Positions 49,337 to 61,848 of a DNA stretch of 64,000 bases are shown one piece after another. Source of the stretch: Trichodelitschia bisporula (lineage: Eukaryota); assembly GCA_010356995.1 (NCBI GenBank), contig ML996688.1, forward strand, positions 1,524,579 to 1,588,578, written 5' to 3'. Under the pieces are notes generated by a model. It ran no database searches, was not told the origin of the DNA, and was given only the letters and a program-made list of their open reading frames with translations. How positions within the stretch are numbered: the stretch's first letter is position 1; the number at the start of each line of letters is the position of its first letter. Both the position numbers and the translations under genes were made by a program.

Positions 49337-51076
49337 CTAAATCTCCTCACCCTCCGGCGGCCCCCTCGCCAGCTCCGGCGACCCTTCGTTCAGCATCCTA
49401 AACAGCTCGAGCAAAGTCTCCTTAAGATCCGGATACTGTTCCACAATCTGTGCAAACCCGCTCGCAATCAACGTCTGGTAGTGCCGAACCATCGCCTTCA
49501 ACTCCCTCTGATCCTGCACCGCATTCTCCTTATAACACTTGTGCATCTCAGCAGCCAGCATCGCCTGCTCCACCGCCTCCAGCCTGGCCGCGCATTTGAC
49601 GCAAGTCGCCTTCGCAAGCGACGCCTCATACCGCTCAATAACTTCATCGCGGTTATCGCGCGGCTCAATCGCCACCTTAGCTGCCGCCTCGACCCGCGCG
49701 GCATCCCGCTGAGCAACAGCCTCCACGAGCCGCGTGTACTGCTCCTCGGTGGCGGTCCGCTCTGCCATAACCTGATCCTTCAGCTTGGCGTACTTGACCA
49801 CCAGTTCGTCGTGCTCCGCGATCTTCGCCTTGCGGGTCTCAGCGTGGAACTGCAGGCTCGCGATGTCAGCGTCCTTGTCCTCGAGCAGCTGCAACGCCGG
49901 CTCGAGTTCCTCGCACTTAACCTTGTACAAGTCCATGAGCTTGTGGTACTCGACGGTGAGGAGATTGAACTGCTTGACGCGGGAATCGGCCGTCGCCATG
50001 GCGTCCAGGAGCTCCGCCTTCTGCTGCAGCGCTTTCTTCAACTCCCCGAGCTGCTCCTCGAGCATCGTCTCCCTTGACTTAGCCATCTCGACGACGCCTT
50101 CGAGATGCTCGACCAGCTCCACTGTCACCTGGAGCTCTTCGTCCTTTTCCTTCAGTGCGGCCTCTGCCTTCTCCGCCCTCGCCTCCGCCTCCTCAGCCTT
50201 CTTGTTCTCCTTCAGCGCTGCCTCCGCACGCACCGCCCTCGCCATCACCCCCTCAACATCCTCGCACAACGCCGCTTGAGCAATGCACAGCTCCCGCGCC
50301 GCCACACACACCGCCCTCTCCGTCCCAACCTCGCCCTCCATCTCCACCACCATCTCTTCCGCCTTCCGACACCTGCGCTCCAGGTCCTTCACCCGCTCCA
50401 CCAGCCCCTTCGCCCGGCTATCCCCACGGTTGACATCGTCGCTCGCGTCTGCAATCTGCTTCTCGAGCTGCTGGATCCGCGCGTCCTTGGCGCGGCCCTG
50501 CAGCTCCAAATGCACAGTGTACTTGTCGCGGAGGGCAGGGTTCGGACGGGGGCCCTCACGCAGTTTGCCCTCGAGGGACAGACACCGCGACTGCAGGGTC
50601 TTGAGCTGGGCGTCGTAGTTGAGGAGCTTGTTTGCGGATTCGCCTAGCGAGTCGTGCAGCGGGATGAGCGCGGCGTGGAAGGACAGCTCCCAGGAATGGC
50701 GTGCAGTGAGTGCGTGCTGGGCTAGCGATGTCGTGCCCTCTGACTCTGAGCGGGAGAGTGCGGAGAGCGCGGTCTGCTCACGGGCGTGGCGTGCTGTAAG
50801 CTCGGAGTGTGTTTCCTTGATGAGGCCAAGGGGCGTTTGACCGTTGAGAGGGCCTATGGGGGCGGGGCATGAGGAGGGCGCTGGTGAGGTGGAACTGCGG
50901 GAGGAGGGTGGTGCGGGGGGCGAGGAGGCACGGGAGGAAGAGGAGGAGGTGGTGGAAGGAGGGGCAGAGGTTCTCGACCTTGAGGGTTCCGGGTCCCTGG
51001 AGAAGTCGTAGGATTGGAAGTGGGCCGGGTCACGGCGGAAAAGGAGGGTGTTGATGATTTTGTCGAGGCGAATCAT
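49337..51076 (-). CDS. Hypothetical coiled-coil protein (579 aa)
   Basis: Intronless ORF with a Ser/Pro-rich N-terminal tract followed by a long E/K/A/L heptad-like region. Confidence 0.75.
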   Translation of the reverse strand: MIRLDKIINTLLFRRDPAHFQSYDFSRDPEPSRSRTSAPPSTTSSSSSRASSPPAPPSSRSSTSPAPSSCPAPIGPLNGQTPLGLIKETHSELTARHAREQTALSALSRSESEGTTSLAQHALTARHSWELSFHAALIPLHDSLGESANKLLNYDAQLKTLQSRCLSLEGKLREGPRPNPALRDKYTVHLELQGRAKDARIQQLEKQIADASDDVNRGDSRAKGLVERVKDLERRCRKAEEMVVEMEGEVGTERAVCVAARELCIAQAALCEDVEGVMARAVRAEAALKENKKAEEAEARAEKAEAALKEKDEELQVTVELVEHLEGVVEMAKSRETMLEEQLGELKKALQQKAELLDAMATADSRVKQFNLLTVEYHKLMDLYKVKCEELEPALQLLEDKDADIASLQFHAETRKAKIAEHDELVVKYAKLKDQVMAERTATEEQYTRLVEAVAQRDAARVEAAAKVAIEPRDNRDEVIERYEASLAKATCVKCAARLEAVEQAMLAAEMHKCYKENAVQDQRELKAMVRHYQTLIASGFAQIVEQYPDLKETLLELFRMLNEGSPELARGPPEGEEI

Positions 51077-52317
51077 TTTGGTTGCTTGTTTTGGTTCTGG
51101 TTCGAGATGTTCGTTGGTTGTAAATTCTGATTGAAGAGAAATGTCTGCCTGCTAGGCGAGTCGTAGTCCGTTACCACGACTGATAGTTCGGAAGAGCTTA
51201 CGACAGTTGTTCTTGTAGACGGCCGGACAAAGAATCGTGCGATATGGTGAGGCCTTGGCCAATGGTCGCCGTTGAACAAAGCTGCCATCCCGTGTGCCTT
51301 GAGTCAATTCCCAGCCGGACAAAGGGATTCACGACCCCATTGCAGCCTTCTAACAAAAGTAGTGCATGTTCAACCAAGGCTCAATTGCCAGCCTTTGTCG
51401 AGATCGCGAATTGCCGCGGCAAGCGGCCGAGTTTCGCCAGCCATGTGTCGAGCCGTTTGCCCAAGGTTGTATCGGGTACCGGCTGCTTGTAATCGTTCCG
51501 TTGGCGCGCGAAGTAGAGTCTAAGTAAGACTGTCCCATCGGCTGTCCCTCCATGATGTGTTGTCGGCTCCGTAGGGCGGGGCTTGGCAGCCTTGCCGGGG
51601 TCACGATGATGTCGAAGGAAAACCTCGGAGTAGAACAAAAGTGCGTTTCTAAGTGCTGGTTGAATCGTTTACTCTTGCGGCTTTTATGAAACTTCAGCTT
51701 CCATCTGTAGGTAAGGGTGTCCCAGAGGCGAAATGGCGGAAGTGGCGACTGTGCAATGGCAGAAGTAGCGAATGTGTGATGGCGGAAGTCGCAAAGGTGA
51801 GGTGAAGGCAAGGATGGCGACCATCGCCCGGCCGTCTAAGGAAGTACGGCGCGTAACGAGGAGCTAGCATGTCGTCCTATGAAGTTGAAGCCCTACACCC
51901 GATGTTAGGTACGCTTGATGCGGATTCAGGCGATCAATGCGAGGTTCATGCTACCAGTGGCAGTCAGTTCATGATCCACCTAGCTTACGAACACTCACCA
52001 TTTGAGGACCCCACCCCCGCTCCACTCCTTCCCTCGGCTCCCATCCATTGCCAATCACCAGTCACATATCTCTGCAGAAGACACCAACGGCACCACCGAA
52101 TACTATTCTTGATTACGTATCCTCAAAAGGGTTATACTGACTGTATCTGTCTCACTCGTCTCTCGGAAATCCACCACAGTATCGTTCAAAATCGTCAGAT
52201 CATATCAACCTGGACTCCGTCTGAGTAATAGCGAATGAGCCATTACGAGCAACCTAGTATCAACGCCTCCCACCTACCCTCGCCAACAATGAATGGTGAA
52301 TGAGAAATCTCGTTATC

Positions 52318-53197
52318 CTAAGTCTCGCCGAACAGCCTTGCCGTGATGTCACCCATATACTCCTGCTCCAGCTCATAGTCCTGGCCGTCCATCTTGTCGA
52401 TGCCCACGTACTCAAAGGCAGCCACCACATGCGGAACGTCAAAGCCCATGGCGACAAAGCGATCAATGAGATCCTTGTTATATCCATGATATCTGCCTTT
52501 ATTAGCTATGGTTGATGGAGAAGGAGGGACGACGTACTCGGCCAACTTCGCCTTCTCTTCATTCTCGCGTGCCTGGCGCGCCTTGAACTTGATGGTCTCG
52601 GCCGTCGCGCCGCCGCTGCCTTCTCCACGCTCGCGACGGGGAGCGCTGGCGTACTTGACAGCCCACTCGCGCGCCTTGTGCTCGAACTCGGCCGGGTGTT
52701 TGATCAACATGCTCGCGACTTCGGCATCCTGGGGATCGCGAGGCTCGGGGGTACTGAGAAGCGATTGCAGGGAGATCAAGGCGGACTTGATGGTAAGGAC
52801 GGGAGACCAGGCGGTGGAGAGAGTGTCAAGGCAGATGGCACCCTGAATAATGAGCAATCACCCAATGCTACGACAAGAGACTTACCGTCTGGCTGCTGAC
52901 ATTCGGATGCCAGAGCTTAGTCTCAAACTTCATATGAGGAGGACGGAAGGGGTACTCGACGGGAATAACGATATCGACAAAGTATTTCCCGCCTTCGTAG
53001 GGAGTGTCGGGAGGGCCCATAAACTGGCCGCGCAAGTGGGACATATCGTCGTCTGCCACAGGCTCCACTGTGATCTGGGAATGAGGGTCGTTCTTGATGT
53101 CCTGGATCTCCTTGGTGATGCGACGGTTGCGGTTGTTGCTGGCAGAGCCAGCACGACCACCCATACCGAGCCCACCCCGTCCTGAGCTAGCATTCAT
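52318..53197 (-). CDS. UBC1: Ubiquitin-conjugating enzyme E2 with C-terminal UBA-like domain, 3 exons
   Basis: GPPDTPYEGG, YPFRPP, WHPNVSSQTGAICLD (catalytic Cys), PQDAEVA and UBA-like FVAMGF. Introns 52885-52843 and 52537-52493. Confidence 0.95.
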
Positions 53198-53748
53198 GAT
53201 TGTGGAGTAGTATTGTGACGGACTACGATGATGGCAGGGCGTGTCTTAAGAGCAAAATCTATGGTAAGGCTAGGCAGTGAGTCGGGCGTTCCGGTGGCTG
53301 ATGGCGATAGCAGGAGCAGGTGACTCACGGAACGGACTAGTTTAGTGGCGGTGTCACCGTACAGAGAAGTGGTAAGTGAGCAGCAAAGGGGGTGAATGCT
53401 GCGATGTCGCCGTTGCAAGAGCGAGGCAGAAGCGTGAAGTGTGGGGTTTGCAAGAAGGCAGAGCGGGGAGAGGCGGCGACAAGGCGGGATAGCTGGGTGG
53501 GGGGGGAGAATGGGAGGGGTGGTTGTTTCGAGGGGCGACACTCGAGGAATAGGGCGGGATATAGCGGTGGGTTTGGTTTGTAGCAACTCTTGTGCACTGA
53601 TCTGAATTGCTTTTCGAGGGAAAGAAAAGGAAAAGGAGCACAAGGTATAATGGAAGACTTGGGGTTGGGGCGGTACGTGTCAAGCAATCCTTGGAGGAGT
53701 TGAAGTGGTGACGAGAGTGGTGTAGAAGATGGTGGAGCGTGAAAGCGA

Positions 53749-53751
<3 letters not shown>

Positions 53752-53784
<33 letters not shown>
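53752..53784. repeat. (GA)n microsatellite in the UBC1/RPT2 divergent intergenic region
   Basis: About 16 GA units, read directly. Confidence 0.95.
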
Positions 53785-53786
<2 letters not shown>

Positions 53787-54171
53787 AGCTGTACACTGCG
53801 CTACTGCGCGTTTGACTGCAGCCGCCGTAGCGTCCAAAGAGAGCTCAGGCAGTAAAGTACAGGCAACAGGCGTGCAATTGGGAGAAGGAGGGAGAGAGAA
53901 ACGCCCGCCTCCGGCCCGGTGAGCCTCCGGGTCATACCTTGCCAAGACCATCGGGGCGCGTCCCTTGGTGTTCATCGATGTGAGCATGAGAGAGCTCGCC
54001 TCCATTCACTCAACCACTCCAACCCCCATCAGCATCGCCAACTGCCCATCGTCGAGTCCTTTGCATGCACCATATCTTGTTCTTGAGCGAGCGGTGTCAC
54101 TCTATTTGCCTTAGTTCCGGTTACTCCAGCAGCTTTATTATCCCCTAGACTGCTCCCCAAGGACAGCGGCC

Positions 54172-55709
54172 ATGGTTAGCTTACATATCCTCCATCATGG
54201 CCAGCACTAACAACGACATAGGGTGCGAATCAGTCTGTCCCCGGTGGAGGTCCTCCTGGCGATGGAAAGGACAAGAAGGATGCAAAGGTTAGATAACCAC
54301 GGCCAATACACCGACTGCCGCTGACAGCCTACGCAGAAGGAGAAGCCCAAGTATGAGCCGCCACCACAGCCCACGACCCGCATCGGCCGGAGAAAGCGCA
54401 AGCAGGCGGGCCCGAATGCGTCGGCGAAGCTCCCCACTGTCTACCCTTCGTCGCGTTGCAAGTTGAAGTACCTGCGCATGCAGCGCATCCACGACCACCT
54501 GCTGCTTGAGGAGGAGTATGTGGAGAATCAGGAGCGGATGCGCAAGGCCAAGGCAACGGCCACGGCTGCTCCCGCGTCGGCCGGAGGAGACTCTGACGCC
54601 ATGGATCGCAACGCCGATGAACGTGGTCGCGTTGACGACATGCGTGGCAGCCCGATGGGCGTCGGTACGCTGGAGGAGCTCATCGATGACGACCACGCCA
54701 TCGTGTCGAGCGCGACGGGCCCCGAGTACTACGTCTCTATCATGTCTTTCGTCGACAAAGACCTTCTCGAGCCCGGCGCTAGCATCTTGCTGCACCACAA
54801 GTCTGTCTCCGTTGTCGGCGTTCTGACGGACGATGCGGATCCGTCGGTCTCAGTCATGAAGCTCGACAAGGCGCCTACCGAGTCGTACGCCGATATTGGT
54901 GGCTTGGAGGCACAGATTCAGGAGGTTCGGGAGGCCGTTGAGTTGCCTCTCCTGCATCCGGAGCTGTACGAGGAGATGGGTATCAAGCCGCCGAAGGGTG
55001 TCATTCTCTACGGAGCGCCTGGCACTGGCAAGACGCTGTTAGCGAAAGCTGTGGCAAACTCTACCAGTGCTACCTTCCTGCGCATTGTGGGTAGCGAGCT
55101 TATCCAGAAATATCTTGGTGACGGCCCGAGGCTCGTGCGCCAGCTCTTCCAAGTGGCGGCCGAGCATGCGCCTGCCATCGTCTTCATCGACGAGATCGAC
55201 GCTATCGGCACCAAGCGCTACGAGTCGACGTCTGGTGGCGAGCGTGAAGTCCAGCGTACCATGTTGGAACTGCTGAACCAGCTCGACGGGTTCGATGACC
55301 GTGGTGACGTCAAGGTTATCATGGCTACGAACAAGATCGAGACTCTTGATCCTGCTCTCATCCGTCCTGGTCGTATTGATCGCAAGATCCTCTTTGAGAA
55401 TCCTGACCGTAAGTATCGCCGTGTTTCATATGGGATACGGATGCTAACAAGCTTGCAGAGACGACCAAGAAGAAGATCTTCACTCTGCACACTTCCAAGA
55501 TGTCTCTCAGCGAAGATGTGGACCTTGACGAGTTCATCAACCAGAAGGATGACCTGTCGGGTGCTGATATCAAGGCTATCTGCTCGGAGGCCGGTCTGAT
55601 GGCGCTGAGAGAACGTCGGATGCGCGTCCAGATGGCTGACTTTAGGGCGGCGCGTGAGCGTGTCCTGAAGACGAAGAGCGAGGGCGAGCCGGAGGGTCTG
55701 TACTTGTAG
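54172..55709 (+). CDS. RPT2: 26S proteasome AAA-ATPase subunit 4, 4 exons
   Basis: ATG-only first coding exon. Introns 54175-54221, 54288-54336 and 55409-55458. MGANQS N-terminus, Walker A GAPGTGKT, Walker B FIDEID, RPGRIDR and C-terminal EGLYL. Confidence 0.97.
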
Positions 55710-56072
55710 AGGGATGGACTGAACTGGTGCGGAGTGATTAGCTGCAACATAGAACGCGCGGTGTAATTGTAGCAGCTGTTATTGAAGTCTTGATATGGTC
55801 TTGACTCTCCTGTAGCCTAACCAGTGCCAGCTGCCAAAGTATTCCAGTCATGTCAACAACCCAAAATCCCGAATTTTTGTGCCAGCTCTATCTATGCTCC
55901 ATTCGTATGCATTTCCAGTTACTGGCTGAGTCCTTGTGGTGCAGAATCGCTGTAGTGCTGTTGTGCGATCGCGTTTATCTAATCATTCCAAGCTTTCACC
56001 TAGAAACCTTACCACCTTGACCTCCGAAGCACCTCCGCGCCTCCACAACCTCACCACCCCACCACCGACACC

Positions 56073-57267
56073 ATGTCCCTCACCGAAGACACACTCTACG
56101 CCTCATCGACACAATTTCGGTTATGGAGCTTCACGCCAGAAAAGCTCGTCTCCCTCCGCGCCGAAACCAATGCCTTCGCCACGAAAAACATCACCAAAGC
56201 CATCAAGCGCGCTCGCGCCTCTGACGAGACAGATAACAAGGAGCAGAAGATTGACTGCCTGACGATGGAAGAAGAACAGACGCTCATCAACGCCTACTGC
56301 GCGCAACTCATGCACCTAGGCCAAGCAAAGCCCTTCTCCCTCCCCGTCAGCGTCGTGGTCCGTCCCCCACCCCCCCCCCCCTCACCTCCCACTACCACAC
56401 CTAACACAATCCCAGGGCACCGCAGTCCAATTCTTCAAACGCTTCTACCTCTCCAACTCCCCCATGACCTACCATCCGCTCCAAATCCTCCCCGCAACCC
56501 TCTTCCTCGCCACCAAGACCGAGAGCCGCCACATGGCACTCAAAGACTTCGCGGAGAGGCTCCGGGGTCTCACGGCGTGGAAAACGGCGACCCCGGATGA
56601 GGTTATTGCGCCGGAGTTTATTATCACCCAGGCGTTGAGGTTTAGTTTCTCGGTTAGACATCCGTATCGCGCGCTTTCGGGGTTTAGGCTAGAGATGCTG
56701 GGGTTGTTGGAGGTTGTAAGGGCGCGCCGTGGGCCCGCTGGGTTTCCGCTGGCGGTTGAGGATGTAAGGGGTAAGTTACTTGGTGGGCGCGATCCTGAGG
56801 CGTGGGGCGAGGTAGTGCAGCGGATGCATGAGACGGCGCTGAAATACTTACACGGCGCGGCGCTGCTGTCTGATGTGTACTTCCTGTACGCGCCGGCGCA
56901 TATCACATTCGCAGCACTCCACATCGCGGACCCGGAGTTCACGGAAATGTTCCTTGAGATCCCGCTACGGAACAAGCCCGAGCTCAAAGCACGGGTTCTG
57001 GCTACAGTTCTTGCGTGCAAGGTCGTGCTGCTGGAAGCAGAGAAGCGCAGGGTGGATAAGGAGGAAGTGGCAAGGGTGGAGGCGAAGTTGGCGCTGTGTC
57101 GGGATCCGGAGAAGATTGATCTTGTGGGGTTGAATCGGGCGCAGAAGAGGGATGCTGCTGAGGATGGGCAGTTGGATGAGAAGGTTGCGAAGAAGAGAAG
57201 GCTGATACGGGAGAAGAGTGCGAGGGATGCGGAGGATTTGTTTGGGCCGGGGCTGGTTGGGAAATGA
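56073..57267 (+). CDS. CCL1: Cyclin H (TFIIK/CAK cyclin), 2 exons
   Basis: YASSTQFRLWSF, TAVQFFKRFYLSNSPMTYHP, LFLATKTE, EFIITQALRF and VRHPYR. Intron 56358-56415. Confidence 0.9.
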
Positions 57268-58150
57268 GGGTTTGGGGATTGGAGTTTGGGCTGGCGTTGT
57301 GTGAGTGTATGGATGGTTCATTGTATCATAGATGGAGTTTGGGCCGCTGATGGCTTTCGGGCGGCGGTTCGGTGGGCTTAGAGGAGTAATGTATTGGTAT
57401 GGACAGGCTGCGTGTAGAGGACTTATGGTGGGCTTGAGAGCGCCGTCAACAGCTTCAACGAACCTAAGGTATGTAGCCTCAATGGTCTTATAGTCTTCAA
57501 TCTGATAACATTACCTCTAGACCACGCATCCTTTGCACTGTCTGCGAGTTGCTATGCTTGATATCGGCTTCAGAATGGATACATCTCCACCAAATGCGAG
57601 CAGGACCATGAAGAAGCGGTATCCAGCACCGCCCGAGCCACTCACTGCATAGATCTCGTCATAGGCTCAATATCCTCACCAATATCAAAGGCCAACTTCC
57701 AAATCAACATCTGCCAGACCGTACCCACGGCACCACTCACTAACATCAGAGCGGAAGGCACTCAGCCTTGCACGCATGAACGACCAGGATCCTTCCACGG
57801 CACCCTCCTCGCTAGGATGCGAACCCGCTGTCGATATACGTCAACGCACTGTCCAACGATCTTCCCCAGGTTTCATCGCTTTGCACCAAACCTAGCTCAG
57901 CAGGTCACCACATTCCCGGGTAGGGCACAGGCATAGCAAAGCTTGGTATAGGCGACAACATCATGGTTCCCGTATGCCAAACAAGAAACCATCCCTGGCA
58001 TTACTATGGCACGCTCACTGGCGGATATGACGAGGACCCGGCGGAATGGATCCCGTCGTGCTCAATTATGTACGCGAAAGATATTGACGCCCCTCCCCCC
58101 GATCTACCTGACCTTCCCTCTTCCATCACTTCGCTTAAGGCATTCATCGC

Positions 58151-58857
58151 TTAAGCGGCAGGCCCGTTACCCCCCGCCATGATCCAGGCATCGATCCGCA
58201 GCACGCTGGACCCATCCGCACCCGCCGCAACCTGGCGCAGCGTACCAATGGCCACAACGTTGTTAAGCCAGTAGTACGCGGCGGCACCGGTCTCGAACAG
58301 GAAGCGCAGCTGCAGCGACCCGTTCGGGGTGCTGGAGCCCGTGGACCGAATCCAGATGTTCGCGCCGTCGGTCGTGCGGAAGTTGTAGCGCGTGTCCGGG
58401 TGGAAGATGCCCGTCTTGGTGTCGAAGTAGCCCCAGTCAGCGCCGAGGTCGAGGATGGTGCCTAGGGGGAGGGGGTCAGTAATGTCCGTTTGTGATGAAT
58501 GGGGAGGGGAGGGGGAGTAAGCCTACCGCTCAGAGCCGGCCCGGTGAAGTTCCCGCCCACGATGGGGATGACGACGCGGTCGCCCTCGCTGACGACACCG
58601 ATGTCAAACGGCGCGGCGCAGTTGACGAACGCGGTGTACAGGAAGGTGAGCGCCGGGGCGGTGGAGCTCGGGGCGGAGCTGCACGCGGCGGAGGTCGAGC
58701 TGGGCGCGGCGGAGGTGCTCGTGGCAAGGATGCTCGACGATACCTTTGCACTAGACTTAGGCTTGCTGGCTACACCGGCGGCATTTAAGGTATCTACTGT
58801 CTGCGCGAGAACAGTGCCGGCCACGGCCAGCAGCGGGAGGATGGTCTTGAACAGCAT
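58151..58857 (-). CDS. Secreted DUF3237-family protein, 2 exons
   Basis: Signal peptide, Ser/Thr linker, IPIVGGNFTGPALSG|TILDLGADWG, DTRYNFRTTDGANI and FETGAAAYYWLNNVVAIG. Intron 58526-58462. Confidence 0.88.
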
Positions 58858-61001
58858 TTTCGTTTTGGAAAGTTGAAAGGAGTGGATAGCTTAACGGTGA
58901 AGCTGGAAGGAGTGGACTGTCGATGGGGACCGGTATTAATATGGATATGAATTGGTGGTGGGGATGGATTGGATCGACGACGGGGGGAAGGGTCTTCTTA
59001 TATCCCTTCACGATTAAGAGCTCCCCGCTCTAGCAAGCTGCATGGCAATGGTCCTGCATATCCTGCTAGCTCGCTGCGAGAGTCGTGCATCCGCTGTCCG
59101 GCACAGGGACTTGCCTTGACGCGGACCCGCGCCACACGCCTCCCGGCGGGCGGTAGTGCGGTGGGGGCCCTGCCGGGGCGACCGCGGCGCCTCTTCTCCC
59201 ATTCACGATAGCAAAAGACGCGGCAAAGGCGCCCCATTCCCCTCGTGGAGGCCCCACTCCAGGCACCGCGATGTCCGCTAGAAGGGGGAATGCAACACCC
59301 GGTGGCGTCGGTGCTCTGGGGAATATTGGACCGAAGTTAGGAAATCGCATGGCTCAGCGGCCGGGAAATTGGCGAGATTGGAAAGCCCCACCGCGGAGAA
59401 CTAGGGCCGACCGTTTGGGACCTTCGCTTCAGCCCGTGTTTTTCTTCGAGAAGGGTGAGGGGGGGCCGCTAGGCGGTTCGGGAATGGGTGAGATGAGGAG
59501 CTGTTGCGTACATCCGTAATTCTCCCGCTTTCCAAGGTGTAAGCTCCAAGATGTTCAGCTTTGTGACGCAAGTATCGATGTTCGGGGATGAGTTCGAGCT
59601 TGCTTGTCTTGCACGACGTTGTTACTATGCTTCAGGATACGAGGGTTGTTTGGGTTGGGTTGCTACGAAGTAGGCCGGCCGTTATGCGAGGCCAGCGCGG
59701 GCGCGCCTGCATGCGCCTGCATTTGCCCGCTGCGAGTCATGGCGCGTTTGCGGCGCGCTAGGCATGGAACACGGATTGGGCATGTTCACGATGCGATTCA
59801 TAGTTCTGCGTATATTGGCAAGTAAGTGCCAGACGCGCGCTCTTCGCAACTGTGCTATGGGGAAATACGATGTTGCTAGGCGCCGTGCGGAGGCCAAGGG
59901 TTCAAGATCTATGGAACTGACGATGCCGAGAGGTATAGCTTCAACTCCCGCGCCTTAGAGCTAGTGTTTCCACGTGGGCGCCGAGGGTTGGCACGTTCCT
60001 GCGTTCTTCGTGAGGAAGATTGGGGGTTGGAGAGGGGTAAGAAGGTATTGTGGCTGCGGGCAAGGCGGAGTGCGATATCATCGTGGAAAGTCTGGAAGCG
60101 GAAATGGCCCTCTTCGTGCCGCCTCCTATCGAGAAAATGGAGTCTTCGGCTATCGGATTCGATAATCGAGTGGGTCCGGATCATGGCAAATGGTTCGACT
60201 GCCCCCCTTCGAGAACGAGTGGATACTGGAGTACGAAAGTACGTGACGCCGCAGCCGATACAACCTACTGTTACGCAATAAAAAGCGAGAATTGGAAGGC
60301 CGAGTCTTCTTTCTCCTTCCCATCACGTTCATTCGCAAAATCCGATGCATCAGTGAATGTCATTCGAGTTGATCAATTGTTTTTTCCTCACTGACCCACC
60401 GTCATACCCGCATTTGTTGCTCGCTCGCTATCCCATGCCCCCCCGCGCTTAAACCCCGGTCCGATACTTGGCTGTCAGCAATTTCGAGCTGCCGGTGCCG
60501 GGATGGGCCTGGTTCGTGGGTTGGGGGCCCGAGTCAGGGTGTTTGGCAGGCGCGACGTCGTTGTTGCCGGACTGGATGTGAGGCGGTAAATGGCCATGAT
60601 AGCATTGTGTATTATGGATTGCGTTGTACGTGGATGGAGATGCGAGGTGAAAGGAAGCTCTATGTATATGGGTAGATAGCGAGCAAGCGCTTTGCTTCGC
60701 CATCAGCCCACCCGCGAACCTGCAATATCATCCCCATCAATCCCTAGAGCTCAACACCTCAACCTCCCCCATCATCAACATGTAAACAACCCCCTCCTCA
60801 CCGCAACCACCACACGCCCACCCGGCCCACGACTCAAACCACGACCCACAACCGGCCTGGAGCATGGCAACGCAACACAAATCACCCGTCCGCCATAAAT
60901 AGTTCCGCAGCCCCACTCCCCATCATCATCACCGCATTTAGCCCGGCCATGTGCGATGTGGCCTCCCTGCCCCCATCCCGCCAGCGGAAGCGGGACCTTT
61001 C

Positions 61002-61181
61002 GCCGGGCCCAGATGCCCGGGAACGGGGGGGAGCGTGGCATGAGCTGCGATACTGCATTTTCAAATCCTCACCGAATGCGTATGGTTCCATAGATAGAGC
61101 TTTTGAGAACCCTTTTTGCCGGGGCCCAGGTGCCCGGGACGGGGAGGCCTGCGAGCAAGGCTGCGGTACTGCATTTTCAAA
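61002..61181. repeat. Imperfect ~64-bp direct repeat, 116-bp period
   Basis: Both copies (61002-61065 and 61118-61181) start GCCGGG(G)CCCAGRTGCCCGGGA and end GCTGCGRTACTGCATTTTCAAA. Confidence 0.85.
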
Positions 61182-61848
61182 ATTTGTCGGCTGGGAATGG
61201 ATCATGGGTGAAGGAAGCTTTACCTCCGCAAGGCGTGCTGTTGTCCGGAATATCCAGAGGGCGCTATCTTTCGTAGCTCCGGGGTATGGCGGGGAAGGCG
61301 TAGGAGGCTGCTCTGGTGCTGGCTTTCATATCCGGTTGCCGAACGCCATCTTTCCCCGAAAACCCTCATCAGCTCATGCCCTTGCCGATCTGCCGGACAA
61401 GATCATGTCGTACAAATCGAGTTCCACCGGAGCAGAGCACGTAGAGAGTTGCCGTTGTAAGTGTGATACTCATATATACAGAAAGAGTAGCTTTTAAAAT
61501 GCCAGGCTAGTAAGACAAGAGACCATCGCAAACCCTCAAAGGCGCACCACATCCACGTCCTATCCTCAATCTCATCTCTAGACAAGCATACCCTTTACAC
61601 ATGTACCCCAGATCCCAGATACTCCGGAAGCCTCACCGCAGCAGAACTCAAACCCCAAATCGATACAGACCTTGCCCTCCCCAGCTTCGATATATCGAAA
61701 TCCTTCCCGCGCGGTACCGTGCCGTCCCGCCCGCGCCACACCGCGCGCCACTACACTCACAACCATCAGCGGGAGTGGCCATCGCATTACCATCGCAGAG
61801 CAAGAAATACAAGGCCAGCATTGCCCGGTAAAGCAGCTCCAGCATACC

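Noticed and set aside
57963..58154. 63-aa plus-strand ORF whose stop overlaps the DUF3237 stop (TTAA)
   Set aside because: It is short, has no recognisable family or splice support, and lies in the neighbour's 3' UTR.
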